Source: Candidatus Thorarchaeota archaeon (GTDB lineage: Archaea > Asgardarchaeota > Thorarchaeia > Thorarchaeales > Thorarchaeaceae). From it: DNA of 64,000 bases. Made by a program: the position numbers and the translations under genes. Position 1 is the stretch's first letter. Every line of letters starts with the position of its first letter. The stretch covers positions 192,001 to 256,000 of the forward strand of contig DXJO01000010.1 of NCBI GenBank assembly GCA_019057475.1, given 5' to 3'. This document shows, piece after piece, positions 28,560 through 37,653 of the stretch. The notes below the pieces were generated by a model. The model was given only the letters and a program-made list of their open reading frames with translations, did not search any database and was not told where the DNA came from.

Positions 28560-29558
28560 CTACTCGCCATGGTATCTTCGTAGAACCCTTAGCGCACGCA
28601 GAGTGATCCACTTCGATGGCTTATGCTTAACCTCGATGTCACACAGCATTTTGCCATTGAAGCTGTCCTTGAGAAGCCACTTGCCATCCGCTGGACGATT
28701 CGCAATTACTAGGTCGATTGTGTCCTGCATTCTCTCATCATAGATTCCAAGACCAGTCAGCAAATCAAGAACCTCAAGAGCATCCGACTGGTAGAACATA
28801 GGGAATCCAAATCTCTTCCATCCCGCCTTGTCCTTGCGACTCCCATCCGGAGCGCGCAGATACTTGTAGATTCTGTTCTCCAAGATTATCTCCACCTCTT
28901 GGTCGATAATCTCTCTAATCCTCTTCGACCGTTTCTTCCTCGGGATAGAAGCAAGTCCCCTGAGAAGCTTGACTCCACCCATGTAGCAGTTCTCTGGGAA
29001 CACTCTTGATCTGTTAATAGGATAGGCTCTGCACTTCCAACCTCCAACATCATCAGAATGGTATTCGATCTGGAACTCAATCAATCGTTTCACTCTGGGG
29101 TCTTCAAGGTAGCCGAAGTGTATCATGAAGTAGAGAATATTGCCATCAAGACAGCATCCATCTTTGACAACACTGGCCCGACCCCGTTCGGTCTTTGGCG
29201 CCTCAGTCAGGAAGTGCCCAGAATCCCTTTGAAACCCAAAGATGGATTCAATGCCATGCTCAATGGCCTCGGTTCTCTTTGCACCCAATTCAGCCATAAT
29301 CAGAAGACTGTGTGTACTGGCAGTGTACTTGGGCAAGTACATGTTGTCTGCGCTACCCCAGTGGCCCTCTGATTTTTGCGCACTGAGAATTGTCTTCACG
29401 CAGGGCGACTTCATAATGGCTTTCTGAGCCGCAACTACGTCTGGATGGTCCCTATCCATGTCCTTGAGATGCTGCAATGCCCAGAAACGGATGCTTGGGT
29501 CAGAGGGCTCATGGAGCCAATCGATGACTCCCTCTTCAACGAACTCAACCCACTTCAT
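28560..29558 (-). CDS. Prenyltransferase/terpene-cyclase-like (alpha/alpha) barrel protein, function unknown
   Basis: QW-like repeats QKSEGHW, QRDSGHF, DVGGWKC and RPADGKW; FGFP.FYQSD.LE; SKWITLRALRVL. No DxDD motif. Confidence 0.7.
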   Translation of the reverse strand: MKWVEFVEEGVIDWLHEPSDPSIRFWALQHLKDMDRDHPDVVAAQKAIMKSPCVKTILSAQKSEGHWGSADNMYLPKYTASTHSLLIMAELGAKRTEAIEHGIESIFGFQRDSGHFLTEAPKTERGRASVVKDGCCLDGNILYFMIHFGYLEDPRVKRLIEFQIEYHSDDVGGWKCRAYPINRSRVFPENCYMGGVKLLRGLASIPRKKRSKRIREIIDQEVEIILENRIYKYLRAPDGSRKDKAGWKRFGFPMFYQSDALEVLDLLTGLGIYDERMQDTIDLVIANRPADGKWLLKDSFNGKMLCDIEVKHKPSKWITLRALRVLRRYHGE

Positions 29559-29611
29559 GTCCTAGCATAAAGTGGCTCTGAGCTATTAAGGGGTTGCAAA
29601 CAGCTGCTGTA

Positions 29612-29759
29612 AAGTTGGACATATCTGGACAATTCCATTGTGGGCTTTATATAGACCAATACGACATTGATCTCTGAGGAATATGACACACCTGTGAAGG
29701 TTCCTCACGGAGTAGTCCAGTGCCGTTTTCTGGACGTACTAGACTTCGGTGTCCAACTT
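29612..29759. repeat. Nested inverted repeats (structured RNA or MITE-like remnant)
   Basis: AAGTTGGACA (29612-21) pairs with TGTCCAACTT (29750-59). Inner hairpins CTGTGA/TCACGG (29692-29710) and AGTA-GTCCAG/CTGGAC-G-TACT (29711-29740). Confidence 0.45.
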
Positions 29760-29801
29760 CGTACAACTTACAATGAACGGTGCCCGTCCGAGATTCAGGT
29801 A

Positions 29802-31175
29802 TCATAGGTCAAAGCCTGTTCTGCCGCTGCCCCAGGATTCCATTGCTCGCTTGAGTTCCTCATGTTCCTTGGCGTATCTGCTGACAGGAATCCCCTGCAT
29901 CTTGGCGTCGATTGCCTGCCTGAATGCGACAGCACCTGCAGTTGAGCCGTCAGGATGAGCGTGAATTGCACCGCCAGACCCTATCACGATGTCTGGCCCG
30001 AGGTCGTCAACCACCTCTTCTACCATTCCTTGCGATATGCCTCCGCTGGGCATTGGAGCTGTCTGTTCGATATTATGTAGTGGCATAATCATGTCATGTG
30101 CCATAGCGAGGAATCGCTCTTTCAGAATGGGCGCTTTGCCATAGGGCGCCGGGAATACTGTGATATCAGAGCCACAGATGCGTGGAAGCTTCCCAATCAC
30201 GAGGTTAGTTGCAATCCCTGTGATTGGCGAGTACGATATTGCACCTGCTATGTCCATGTGTGCCAGGACTGGAACTTTGATTGAGGGATCTTCGCAGACG
30301 TGGCGAAACGCTGAATACCCTACGGCCATGAAGTTGATCATCAGGGCGTTCGCACCAAGTTCGATTGCTCTCTCTGCGTTCTCAAACAGTTTTGGGACAG
30401 AATCGGTGATATTCACGGTAAAGAGAGTCTTCTCACCCTTCTCCGAATCAGCTCGGTCAAGGGCTTCCATGAAGAGTGGAATTCTCTCCTCGATTGTGTT
30501 AAAGTGGGGATTCGCCAGGAGCTCGTCATCCTTGATGATGTCTGCGCCACCAACAGCGGCTTTGTAGCACAACTCCGCTCCCATCTTAGCACTCGTATAT
30601 ACACATGGTTTAATCATGTTGTTCAGAAGCGGTCTCTTCTTCACACCAAGCAATTTCCTGAGACCCCTTATTCCAAACCTGGGCCCCTTGAAACCCTTGA
30701 GCCAGCTTTTCGGAAACCGCATGTCAAGGACTTTGATTCTACCACCTAGTGAGATGTTCCCGACAACCGTGGAGAGGAGCATTGGTATCTGCTGCCCGAA
30801 GTTCTCCCATGGATAAGCAACCTGAATGATGTACTGTCGGCGCTCAGTATCCCTTGGATAGCTGTATTCGTATGCAGGGACCTCATAGATTCCGATGACC
30901 TTGGCAACATGCCTCTTGCGCACAGCCACAGTCTCGCCGGGAACCAGCGTCCAAGTTCCTGTGCTCTGTTCAACAGCGGCAGCATAGGCAACCTCTCTCA
31001 CGTCAATCATCGGCGGTAGACCAACGTAGTAAGTGGTTATGACGTATTTTTCCATCTCAATCGCATCAGGCAATGCGTCCGGCATTGCTTCAAGTGGCAG
31101 TCTATTCATCTCAATCAGTCCCATTCTTTGTTGTGCTACCCTGCTTATTTCACTTTGGAAGATTGTTTTCCGCAC
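29802..31175 (-). CDS. RuBisCO-like protein (form IV RLP)
   Basis: EQSTGTW, GPRFG, IKP, GADIIKDDE, PSGG and GGAIHAHP. The HRA motif is replaced by HMD and loop 6 reads APYGK. Probable start 31109 or 31124. Confidence 0.88.
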   Translation of the reverse strand: MRKTIFQSEISRVAQQRMGLIEMNRLPLEAMPDALPDAIEMEKYVITTYYVGLPPMIDVREVAYAAAVEQSTGTWTLVPGETVAVRKRHVAKVIGIYEVPAYEYSYPRDTERRQYIIQVAYPWENFGQQIPMLLSTVVGNISLGGRIKVLDMRFPKSWLKGFKGPRFGIRGLRKLLGVKKRPLLNNMIKPCVYTSAKMGAELCYKAAVGGADIIKDDELLANPHFNTIEERIPLFMEALDRADSEKGEKTLFTVNITDSVPKLFENAERAIELGANALMINFMAVGYSAFRHVCEDPSIKVPVLAHMDIAGAISYSPITGIATNLVIGKLPRICGSDITVFPAPYGKAPILKERFLAMAHDMIMPLHNIEQTAPMPSGGISQGMVEEVVDDLGPDIVIGSGGAIHAHPDGSTAGAVAFRQAIDAKMQGIPVSRYAKEHEELKRAMESWGSGRTGFDL

Positions 31176-31281
31176 TTCCCAGTTGAAGAAGCTTCAATCA
31201 TGATTCCTCTAGAGCTTGTTTTATCTGAAGATACGAAATTGTTATGATGTAGCATTCTCATAGAGTCGTAGGTGTAGGTGC

Positions 31282-32880
31282 ATGATTCCCATAGCAGAAG
31301 TAGCAGAACGAGCTGGTATACCAGCTGAATTCTTGGAACACTATGGCAAGTACATAGCCAAGATTGATCTTAACATTAAGAAGAATCTGGGTGAGCGAAA
31401 AGGAAAACTCATCCTTGTGACTGCAACCAATCCAACCCCTGCAGGTGAGGGTAAGACTACAAACTCGATTGGTTTATCGATGGCCCTCAACGCGATGGGG
31501 CATAATGCAGTTGTAGCACTGAGAGAGCCTTCTCTTGGGCCAGTTTTTGGTGTGAAGGGAGGCGCTGCTGGTGGCGGGATGTCTCGAGTTCTTCCATTCG
31601 AGCGAATAAATCTCCTATTCACCTCTGATTTCCCTGCGATATCTGCTGCGCACAATCTTCTCTCAGCCATGATTGACAATTACGCACATTATGATCACCA
31701 ACCGGAACTGGATATCAGGAGGATCTATTGGCCCCGTACTGTGGATATGAATGATCGAGCTCTCAGGAGAGTCATTATTGGGCTCGGCGGGCGGTTTGAC
31801 GGACTTCCACGTGAGGAGAGATTCATCATCACCGCAGCTTCCGAAATAATGGCAATTATGGCTCTTGCCAAAGATTACCCTGATTTGAAAGCACGATTGG
31901 GCAACATTCTCATTGGAAGAAGTCAGAGACTGAAGGAGATGTTCGCCCGAGACCTTCAGGCTGAAGGCGCAATGGCAGTACTGCTTCGTGATGCGCTCAA
32001 GCCTAATCTTGTTCAGACGTGCGAGGACACACCGGCGCTCATCCATATAGGCCCATTCGCAAACATTGCTACTGGCACGAGCTCCATAATCGCGACAGAC
32101 ATCGCCCTGAGGCTGTTTGACTATGTCGTGATAGAAGCTGGGTTCGGCGCAGACCTTGGTGCTGAGAAGTTCTTCAACATCGTCACCAGAGCCGGCGAAT
32201 TTGGCGTCGACGCCACAGTCCTATTAACGACCATTCGTGCACTCAAGCATCATGGAAAAGGAGACCTCGCCGCAGGATTCCCGAATCTTGAGAAACACAT
32301 GGAGAACATCCAGAATTTCGGTGTGCCAGCCATCGTTGCTCTCAATCGTTTCCCAGACGATACTGACAAGGAGATTGCCCTCCTGAAGAAGATGTGCAAG
32401 AAACGTGGCTGGAAGATGGAAGTTTCAGAGGTCTTTACCAAGGGCGGCGAAGGTGGAAAAGCACTAGCTTCTGCTGTCATTGAGTCAATAGGCAATGAAA
32501 GAAGCGAGATCAAGTACACGTACGACCTTGACGATGATCTGAGGACTAAGATTCTGAAAGTTGCGAAACAAGTGTACGGCGCGGATGGTGTCGATTACAC
32601 CACCGGAGGTCGTGGACGTCTACGTTCACTTGAGAAGCGAGGTTATGGAAATTTCCCCGTCTGCATTGCCAAGACTCAATTCAGTCTATCCCATCACAAG
32701 TCATTGCGGGGTAGACCAACTGGCTTTGAGATGGAGGTAGTAGGTGCCGATGTCAGTGCTGGAGCTGGCTTTGTAATAGTCTACATGGGTGACGTGCGAC
32801 TGATGCCAGGATTACCCGAGGAACCTGCAGCCATTCGAATGAATATCGACGATGATGGAGACATCTTCGGTGTTTCCTAG
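31282..32880 (+). CDS. fhs: Formate--tetrahydrofolate ligase
   Basis: PTPAGEGKTT, REPSLGPVFGVKGGAAGGG, ITAASE.MA, GPFANIA, EAGFGADLGAEKF, AKTQ.SLS and MPGL. Confidence 0.96.
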   Translation: MIPIAEVAERAGIPAEFLEHYGKYIAKIDLNIKKNLGERKGKLILVTATNPTPAGEGKTTNSIGLSMALNAMGHNAVVALREPSLGPVFGVKGGAAGGGMSRVLPFERINLLFTSDFPAISAAHNLLSAMIDNYAHYDHQPELDIRRIYWPRTVDMNDRALRRVIIGLGGRFDGLPREERFIITAASEIMAIMALAKDYPDLKARLGNILIGRSQRLKEMFARDLQAEGAMAVLLRDALKPNLVQTCEDTPALIHIGPFANIATGTSSIIATDIALRLFDYVVIEAGFGADLGAEKFFNIVTRAGEFGVDATVLLTTIRALKHHGKGDLAAGFPNLEKHMENIQNFGVPAIVALNRFPDDTDKEIALLKKMCKKRGWKMEVSEVFTKGGEGGKALASAVIESIGNERSEIKYTYDLDDDLRTKILKVAKQVYGADGVDYTTGGRGRLRSLEKRGYGNFPVCIAKTQFSLSHHKSLRGRPTGFEMEVVGADVSAGAGFVIVYMGDVRLMPGLPEEPAAIRMNIDDDGDIFGVS

Positions 32881-32893
32881 GCGGTGACATGTC

Positions 32894-33781
32894 ATGTCTT
32901 CAAAGGAATTCACAAAGGACGAAGTCTTCAAGGATCATGTAATCAGTGGCAGGAAGCTCTCCAAGCACATCAGACGCGAGATCAAAGTGGAAGTAGCGCG
33001 TCTAACTGAACAGCACGGAATCTCGCCAAAGCTTGTCACAATCCTGGTGGGGGCGGATCCGGGCTCGCAGATGTATGTTCGGATGAAACTCAAAGCCTCA
33101 AACAAGGCTGGGATTCTCTCAGAGAATCATGATCTTCCTGAAAAAACGACTCAAGAGGAACTACTGGCTCTGATTCAAAAGTTGAATGCAGATCGTGAGG
33201 TTCACGGGATTCTCGTGCAGCTTCCCCTGCCAAAGCATATTGACGAGAAGGCAATCATCAGTGCCATAAACGCACGCAAGGATGTTGACGGGTTCTCCCC
33301 CGCGAGCATCTATCGGTTGTTTTATGGAGAGGAAGAGCTGAGCTCAGCCACTCCCCAAGGAATCGTGACGATGTTGGACTACCTTGGGATGGATGACCTT
33401 TCCGAAAAACACGCAGTTATCATCAATAGATCCAACATTGTTGGGAAGCCTCTCATTATGCTTCTTCTAAATCGCAATGCTACTGTGACGGTCTGCCACT
33501 CACGAACCGCAGATCTTGCTTCATTCACGCGACAGGCTGACGTGTTAGTGACTGCCATCGGTAGGCGGAAATCGGAGAAGGACCCCTTTTACATCACGTC
33601 GGACATGGTCAAAGAGGGTGCAGTAGTCATTGATGTGGCTACCCCGCATGGCGATGTCGATTTCGAGAATGTGAAGGAGAAGGCTCTCTGGGTGACGCCT
33701 GTTCCTGGCGGAGTTGGCCCAATGACAATCACAATGCTTCTGAAGAATGTAGTCGCAGCCTACACCACTCAGATTTCATAA
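32894..33781 (+). CDS. folD: Methylene-THF dehydrogenase/methenyl-THF cyclohydrolase
   Basis: YVRMK, HGILVQLPLP, KDVDG, RSNIVGKP, ATVTVCHSRT and TPVPGGVGPMT. Confidence 0.96.
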   Translation: MSSKEFTKDEVFKDHVISGRKLSKHIRREIKVEVARLTEQHGISPKLVTILVGADPGSQMYVRMKLKASNKAGILSENHDLPEKTTQEELLALIQKLNADREVHGILVQLPLPKHIDEKAIISAINARKDVDGFSPASIYRLFYGEEELSSATPQGIVTMLDYLGMDDLSEKHAVIINRSNIVGKPLIMLLLNRNATVTVCHSRTADLASFTRQADVLVTAIGRRKSEKDPFYITSDMVKEGAVVIDVATPHGDVDFENVKEKALWVTPVPGGVGPMTITMLLKNVVAAYTTQIS

Positions 33782-33862
33782 GCTTCTCAATCGGAGCGAA
33801 TAGAAACCACACTCCCAAACGCTTTTGTAGAAGGCCGCTCCGTGCGGGCCGCGGTGACTCAT

Positions 33863-35425
33863 ATGAAGATTGTCGAATGCGTGCCCAACTTCTCTGAAGG
33901 CAGGCGCAAAGACGTGATAGACGCCCTTGAAGGGGCAATACGAAGCGTTGAAGGCGTTAGACTTCTGGACATCGAGTTCGATCCAGATCACAATCGGTCA
34001 GTCTTCACTTTCATCGGTGAACCTCAGAAAGTCAAGGAGGCAGCCCTGAAGGCCGCTGACATTGCAGTGGAGAAGATAGACCTCACAAAGCACGATGGGG
34101 CTCATCCCAGAATGGGGGCAGTAGATGTAGTTCCATTCATTCCCCTCCACGGTACGACTATTGGAGAATGCATTGAGCTTTCCAAGCAGTTCGCTGAGGA
34201 GTACTCAAAGAAGCATAACGTACCTGTGTATCTCTATGCCAAGGCAGCAACACGACCCGAGCGTGTCGACCTGCCAAACATCCGAGAGGGCGAGTTTGAA
34301 GGCCTCCGTGAGGTCATTGGCAAAGATTCCGCGAAGGATCCAGACTACGGCCCCAACAAGATTCACAAAACCGCAGGAGCCACCGCGACAGGCGCTAGGA
34401 ACTTCCTAATCGCAATCAACTTCAACTTGAACACGACGAATGTGAAAGTCGCAAAGGCCTGTGCAAATGCAGTACGAGGCACCACAGGTGGTTTCGTAAA
34501 CGTACAAGGCATAGGACTGGATTTGCCTGACAAGGGTATGGTGCAGGTTTCATTGAATCTGACCCATCCGAAACGGACCAAGATTCACCAGGTTCTGGAA
34601 GTCGTAAGAAACGAAGCAAGGCGTTTTGGTGCTACTGTAGTTGAAACCGAAATAGTGGGCATGGTCCCGCTGTTTGCCCTGCTTGATGCGCTGAAATACT
34701 ACCTCCAGCCCGAGAAACTCGACGAATCCATGATTCTTGACCTACACTATCTTGGTGGAGCGGAGGGTCCAAAGGAGAAGACCTTCTCTGAGATGACTCT
34801 CATCGAGTTCGGAAACCAAATTAGAAGAGCACGTGCCACACCCGGAGGAGGAAGTGTTGCAGCTGCCTTGGGCTCGTATGGCTCTGCTCTGGTTTGTATG
34901 GTGACCGGTCTCTCTCTCAGTGGTCGCAGGTTTGCTGCGATTAAGGAGGAGATGCTCAAAGTCCGACATGCAGTGGAAAACGACCGTGGAGTACTCATGG
35001 GTCTTGTCGAAGAGGATTCCGTGGCATTTGATGAGGTTATGAATACCTTCAAGATGCCCGAGGATACCCCTGCAGAGAAAAAACAGAAAGCAAAAGCAGT
35101 TCAGGCAACAACCAAGGGCGCGGCTGAGGTCCCACTGCAGACAATGCGTCATTCTTTCAAGGCACTTGAGGGAGCGAAAATAGCCGCTGAGAAGGGGAAC
35201 ATCAACACAATCACTGATGCTGGCATGGCCGCACTGTCATTGCTCGCAGCCATTGAGGGTGCTGCTCTAAACGTGAAGGTCAATCTTGGCAATATCACCG
35301 ACAAGGACTTCGCGAAGAAGATGGGTGATGAAGTTGAGGACCTGTTAACGAAGGGCCGCGCACTCAAGGAAGAGATTATGGTTATTGTCGAAGATAGGAT
35401 GAAGCAGCTCGCCGAGAGTTCATGA
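33863..35425 (+). CDS. ftcd: Bifunctional glutamate formiminotransferase / formiminoTHF cyclodeaminase
   Basis: FT domain ECVPNFSEGR, DHNRSVFT, HPRMGAVDVVPF, IREGEFEGL. CD domain TPGGGSVAA, D..AFD.VM, NVKVNL. Start ATG 33863 (ORF track 33842). Confidence 0.93.
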   Translation: MKIVECVPNFSEGRRKDVIDALEGAIRSVEGVRLLDIEFDPDHNRSVFTFIGEPQKVKEAALKAADIAVEKIDLTKHDGAHPRMGAVDVVPFIPLHGTTIGECIELSKQFAEEYSKKHNVPVYLYAKAATRPERVDLPNIREGEFEGLREVIGKDSAKDPDYGPNKIHKTAGATATGARNFLIAINFNLNTTNVKVAKACANAVRGTTGGFVNVQGIGLDLPDKGMVQVSLNLTHPKRTKIHQVLEVVRNEARRFGATVVETEIVGMVPLFALLDALKYYLQPEKLDESMILDLHYLGGAEGPKEKTFSEMTLIEFGNQIRRARATPGGGSVAAALGSYGSALVCMVTGLSLSGRRFAAIKEEMLKVRHAVENDRGVLMGLVEEDSVAFDEVMNTFKMPEDTPAEKKQKAKAVQATTKGAAEVPLQTMRHSFKALEGAKIAAEKGNINTITDAGMAALSLLAAIEGAALNVKVNLGNITDKDFAKKMGDEVEDLLTKGRALKEEIMVIVEDRMKQLAESS

Positions 35426-35426
35426 C

Positions 35427-36515
35427 TCACTCCCTTAGGATGGTCAGGGATGCTCCTTGGCCTATCCTTGTGAGAAAAGGTATACCCCCAGTGTTTCTAA
35501 TCGCTTCAGAAACTTTCTCTTCATTGCCCGGCGCGAACGCCAGAATCGTACCCCCGCCACCGCTGCCGTTTATCTTGCAACCCAATGCACCAGCCTTGGT
35601 AGCCGCGCGGATTATCCTTTCAATCTTGGGGGTTGATCGTTCGAAACCATCTCTCAGTAGGGTGTGGTGTTCATCCAACATTGCGCCAATGATTTCCGGG
35701 TCTGGGCGCTTGCTTTTCAGGATGTCTAGAGCTCGGCTTGTGAGGTCTCTATTACGAATGGTGGTTTCTGTGATGACCCTGCAATGCTTTGGGATTTTAT
35801 CCAGATGCTCCTGAACCTCGATGAGGGGGGTCTCTCTATGGTCGAAATTATCAATCTGTGATGCTAGGTGTTGATAGCCCTCTTCCACTGTCAGTCGTAT
35901 CTTTCTCAGGTCTCCGACTGTGTCTTGCTTTTTCTCTTGGGAGTCCCCTATGACAATGCCCTCAAGGCGCGCATCAAGCCTAGTCAGTCGGTCGTTATGT
36001 CCACAGTCAACGTGAATGATTCCTCCCATGACTGATGCGAAGTGATCCATCATGCCCCCACTCTCTCCGAACTCGGTGACCTCAGCATCAAACGCCAGTT
36101 GGACGCATTCTTCCTCCTCTAGTGTAGATTCCGCTATCTGCGCAACAGTCATTACTGATGCAACGGATAGGGCTGAGGAACTCGAGAGACCTGCGGCTAA
36201 GGGGATATCGCCACTTACTCTAAGGTCAGCACCAAGTGAAGGCCGGATATTCCTTCGCGAAAGGACATTGAACGCGCTCCGAAGGTAGTCCCGTCTATTT
36301 TGGTAAGTGATGTCAGTATCAAGCTGGAACGAGTCTGTCGTTCCCAAATCGACATAGTTCACTTTAATCGACTTGTCATCTCGTGGCGAAGAGTAAATCT
36401 CAATTGTCTTATCTATCGCCGCAGGAATCACGGGTAGGCCAAGGTAATCACTATGCTCACCGAAAAGGCAGATGCGCCCGGGTGCTAGCACACGAAATGG
36501 TCTCCTAATGGCCAT
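35427..36515 (-). CDS. GHMP kinase, galactokinase-like
   Basis: APGRICLFGEHSDY, IPLAAGLSSSSA, GMMD and GSGGGG. Confidence 0.88.
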   Translation of the reverse strand: MAIRRPFRVLAPGRICLFGEHSDYLGLPVIPAAIDKTIEIYSSPRDDKSIKVNYVDLGTTDSFQLDTDITYQNRRDYLRSAFNVLSRRNIRPSLGADLRVSGDIPLAAGLSSSSALSVASVMTVAQIAESTLEEEECVQLAFDAEVTEFGESGGMMDHFASVMGGIIHVDCGHNDRLTRLDARLEGIVIGDSQEKKQDTVGDLRKIRLTVEEGYQHLASQIDNFDHRETPLIEVQEHLDKIPKHCRVITETTIRNRDLTSRALDILKSKRPDPEIIGAMLDEHHTLLRDGFERSTPKIERIIRAATKAGALGCKINGSGGGGTILAFAPGNEEKVSEAIRNTGGIPFLTRIGQGASLTILRE

Positions 36516-36593
36516 CCAATCTCATCCCGCATTCATGGAGAACGACATCTCGCAGTAAGAAGGTTCCGCCTTGTTCAACGCAACAATCACCCC

Positions 36594-37571
36594 TCATTCC
36601 ATAGATTTGACCCACACATACTGTTTCTTCTCAAGGTTGAAACCAAGGCGGCGATAGATTCGGATGGCTTCTACTTGTGTCATGCCGGAGTCCGCCAAAG
36701 CCATTGGGATTCCATATGCCTTCATCCCCTTCAGCAGTCCATAAAGGAGCGCGGTGCCGATGCCTCTCCCTCGATTTTCTGGCAGCACCCCTCCGATGCC
36801 AATCCTCGGACTTCCTAGTGTAAGGTCCGCGACACCTACTACATCGCCATTGAGTTCAGCAACGAGTACATCATGGCCAAAGGTGCCGCTGATATAGTCA
36901 GTCGTCCACTTCAAAGCCGAACACTCTTCACACCACCATACATTGCGCCTGTGAATTTCTGCAATCGAGTTGATGTCATCGGGTCTTGCCTTTCTTACCC
37001 TCACATTGGAGTTGAGTTTGATGTTTGACAGTTGTTTTGTCAAGTCAAGGGTCGCGTATACTGAGCTGTTGAAAAGCGGTCGATCCTCGGAATACTCTGG
37101 GTCCATGAAGACATCTGGCTGTGAAAAGCCAAAACTCTCGAACAATTTCTTTGCAGATATATTGTCACTGTGCGAAAGCGCTGCCGCATAGAGTAATCCT
37201 TGGCGAAGGCATTCATCGAGTACCGTCTGCAGGAGTCCGGATGCGACTCCCATCCGTTGAGATGACGATGCAACGGCAATACGACTCTCACCTAGATTCC
37301 AATCAGTTGGAACGATGTATAGAGTAGGAATCTCCTTTTTCCCCTTCTCTATGTTCACTCTCGTGTGAGCATACCCCACAGACGAGCTCCCAACGTCAGC
37401 CAGCCATATATTGTCTTTTTCTGTTTCGAGCCAATCCCCTATCTCTTCCACAGTGGCGTGATGAAATTTGTAGGATTCTCCGAGTGCCCTTATGCGTTCG
37501 TTGAAGGCTTCATTATGAAGTCTGCAGACTACTTCCTCATCTCCTGACGTGAATTGCCTGATTTTCATCAA
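36594..37571 (-). CDS. Tandem GNAT N-acetyltransferase
   Basis: Two acetyl-CoA motifs: QRMGVASGLL...AKKLFESFGF and NRGRGIGTALL...AIRIYRRLGF. Confidence 0.85.
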   Translation of the reverse strand: MMKIRQFTSGDEEVVCRLHNEAFNERIRALGESYKFHHATVEEIGDWLETEKDNIWLADVGSSSVGYAHTRVNIEKGKKEIPTLYIVPTDWNLGESRIAVASSSQRMGVASGLLQTVLDECLRQGLLYAAALSHSDNISAKKLFESFGFSQPDVFMDPEYSEDRPLFNSSVYATLDLTKQLSNIKLNSNVRVRKARPDDINSIAEIHRRNVWWCEECSALKWTTDYISGTFGHDVLVAELNGDVVGVADLTLGSPRIGIGGVLPENRGRGIGTALLYGLLKGMKAYGIPMALADSGMTQVEAIRIYRRLGFNLEKKQYVWVKSME

Positions 37572-37653
37572 GATGGAATTACAGTACCGCCTTATTTTGG
37601 TCTCCTTGGTTCGGAAAATTCCTGAATAGCATCTAAACTACGTGCGGAATTCT

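Noticed and set aside
28560-29558. Squalene-hopene/oxidosqualene cyclase (sterol or hopanoid synthesis, tempting given SCP2)
   Set aside because: Only one barrel of about 330 aa, with no DxDD or DCTAE catalytic motif.
29674-29760. Hammerhead ribozyme (CTGAGGA) or tRNA-like element ending in CCA
   Set aside because: No GAAA follows a stem II, and there is no 7-bp acceptor stem or T-loop consensus.
29590-29765. IS3/IS150-type element end (AAAGTTGGACA resembles such IRs)
   Set aside because: The match is short, with no transposase and no evident target-site duplication. Kept only as an unexplained inverted repeat.
29802-31175. True CO2-fixing RuBisCO (form III)
   Set aside because: The HRA motif is HMD and loop 6 is atypical, which fits form IV. 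No PRK or AMP-phosphorylase context is present in the window.
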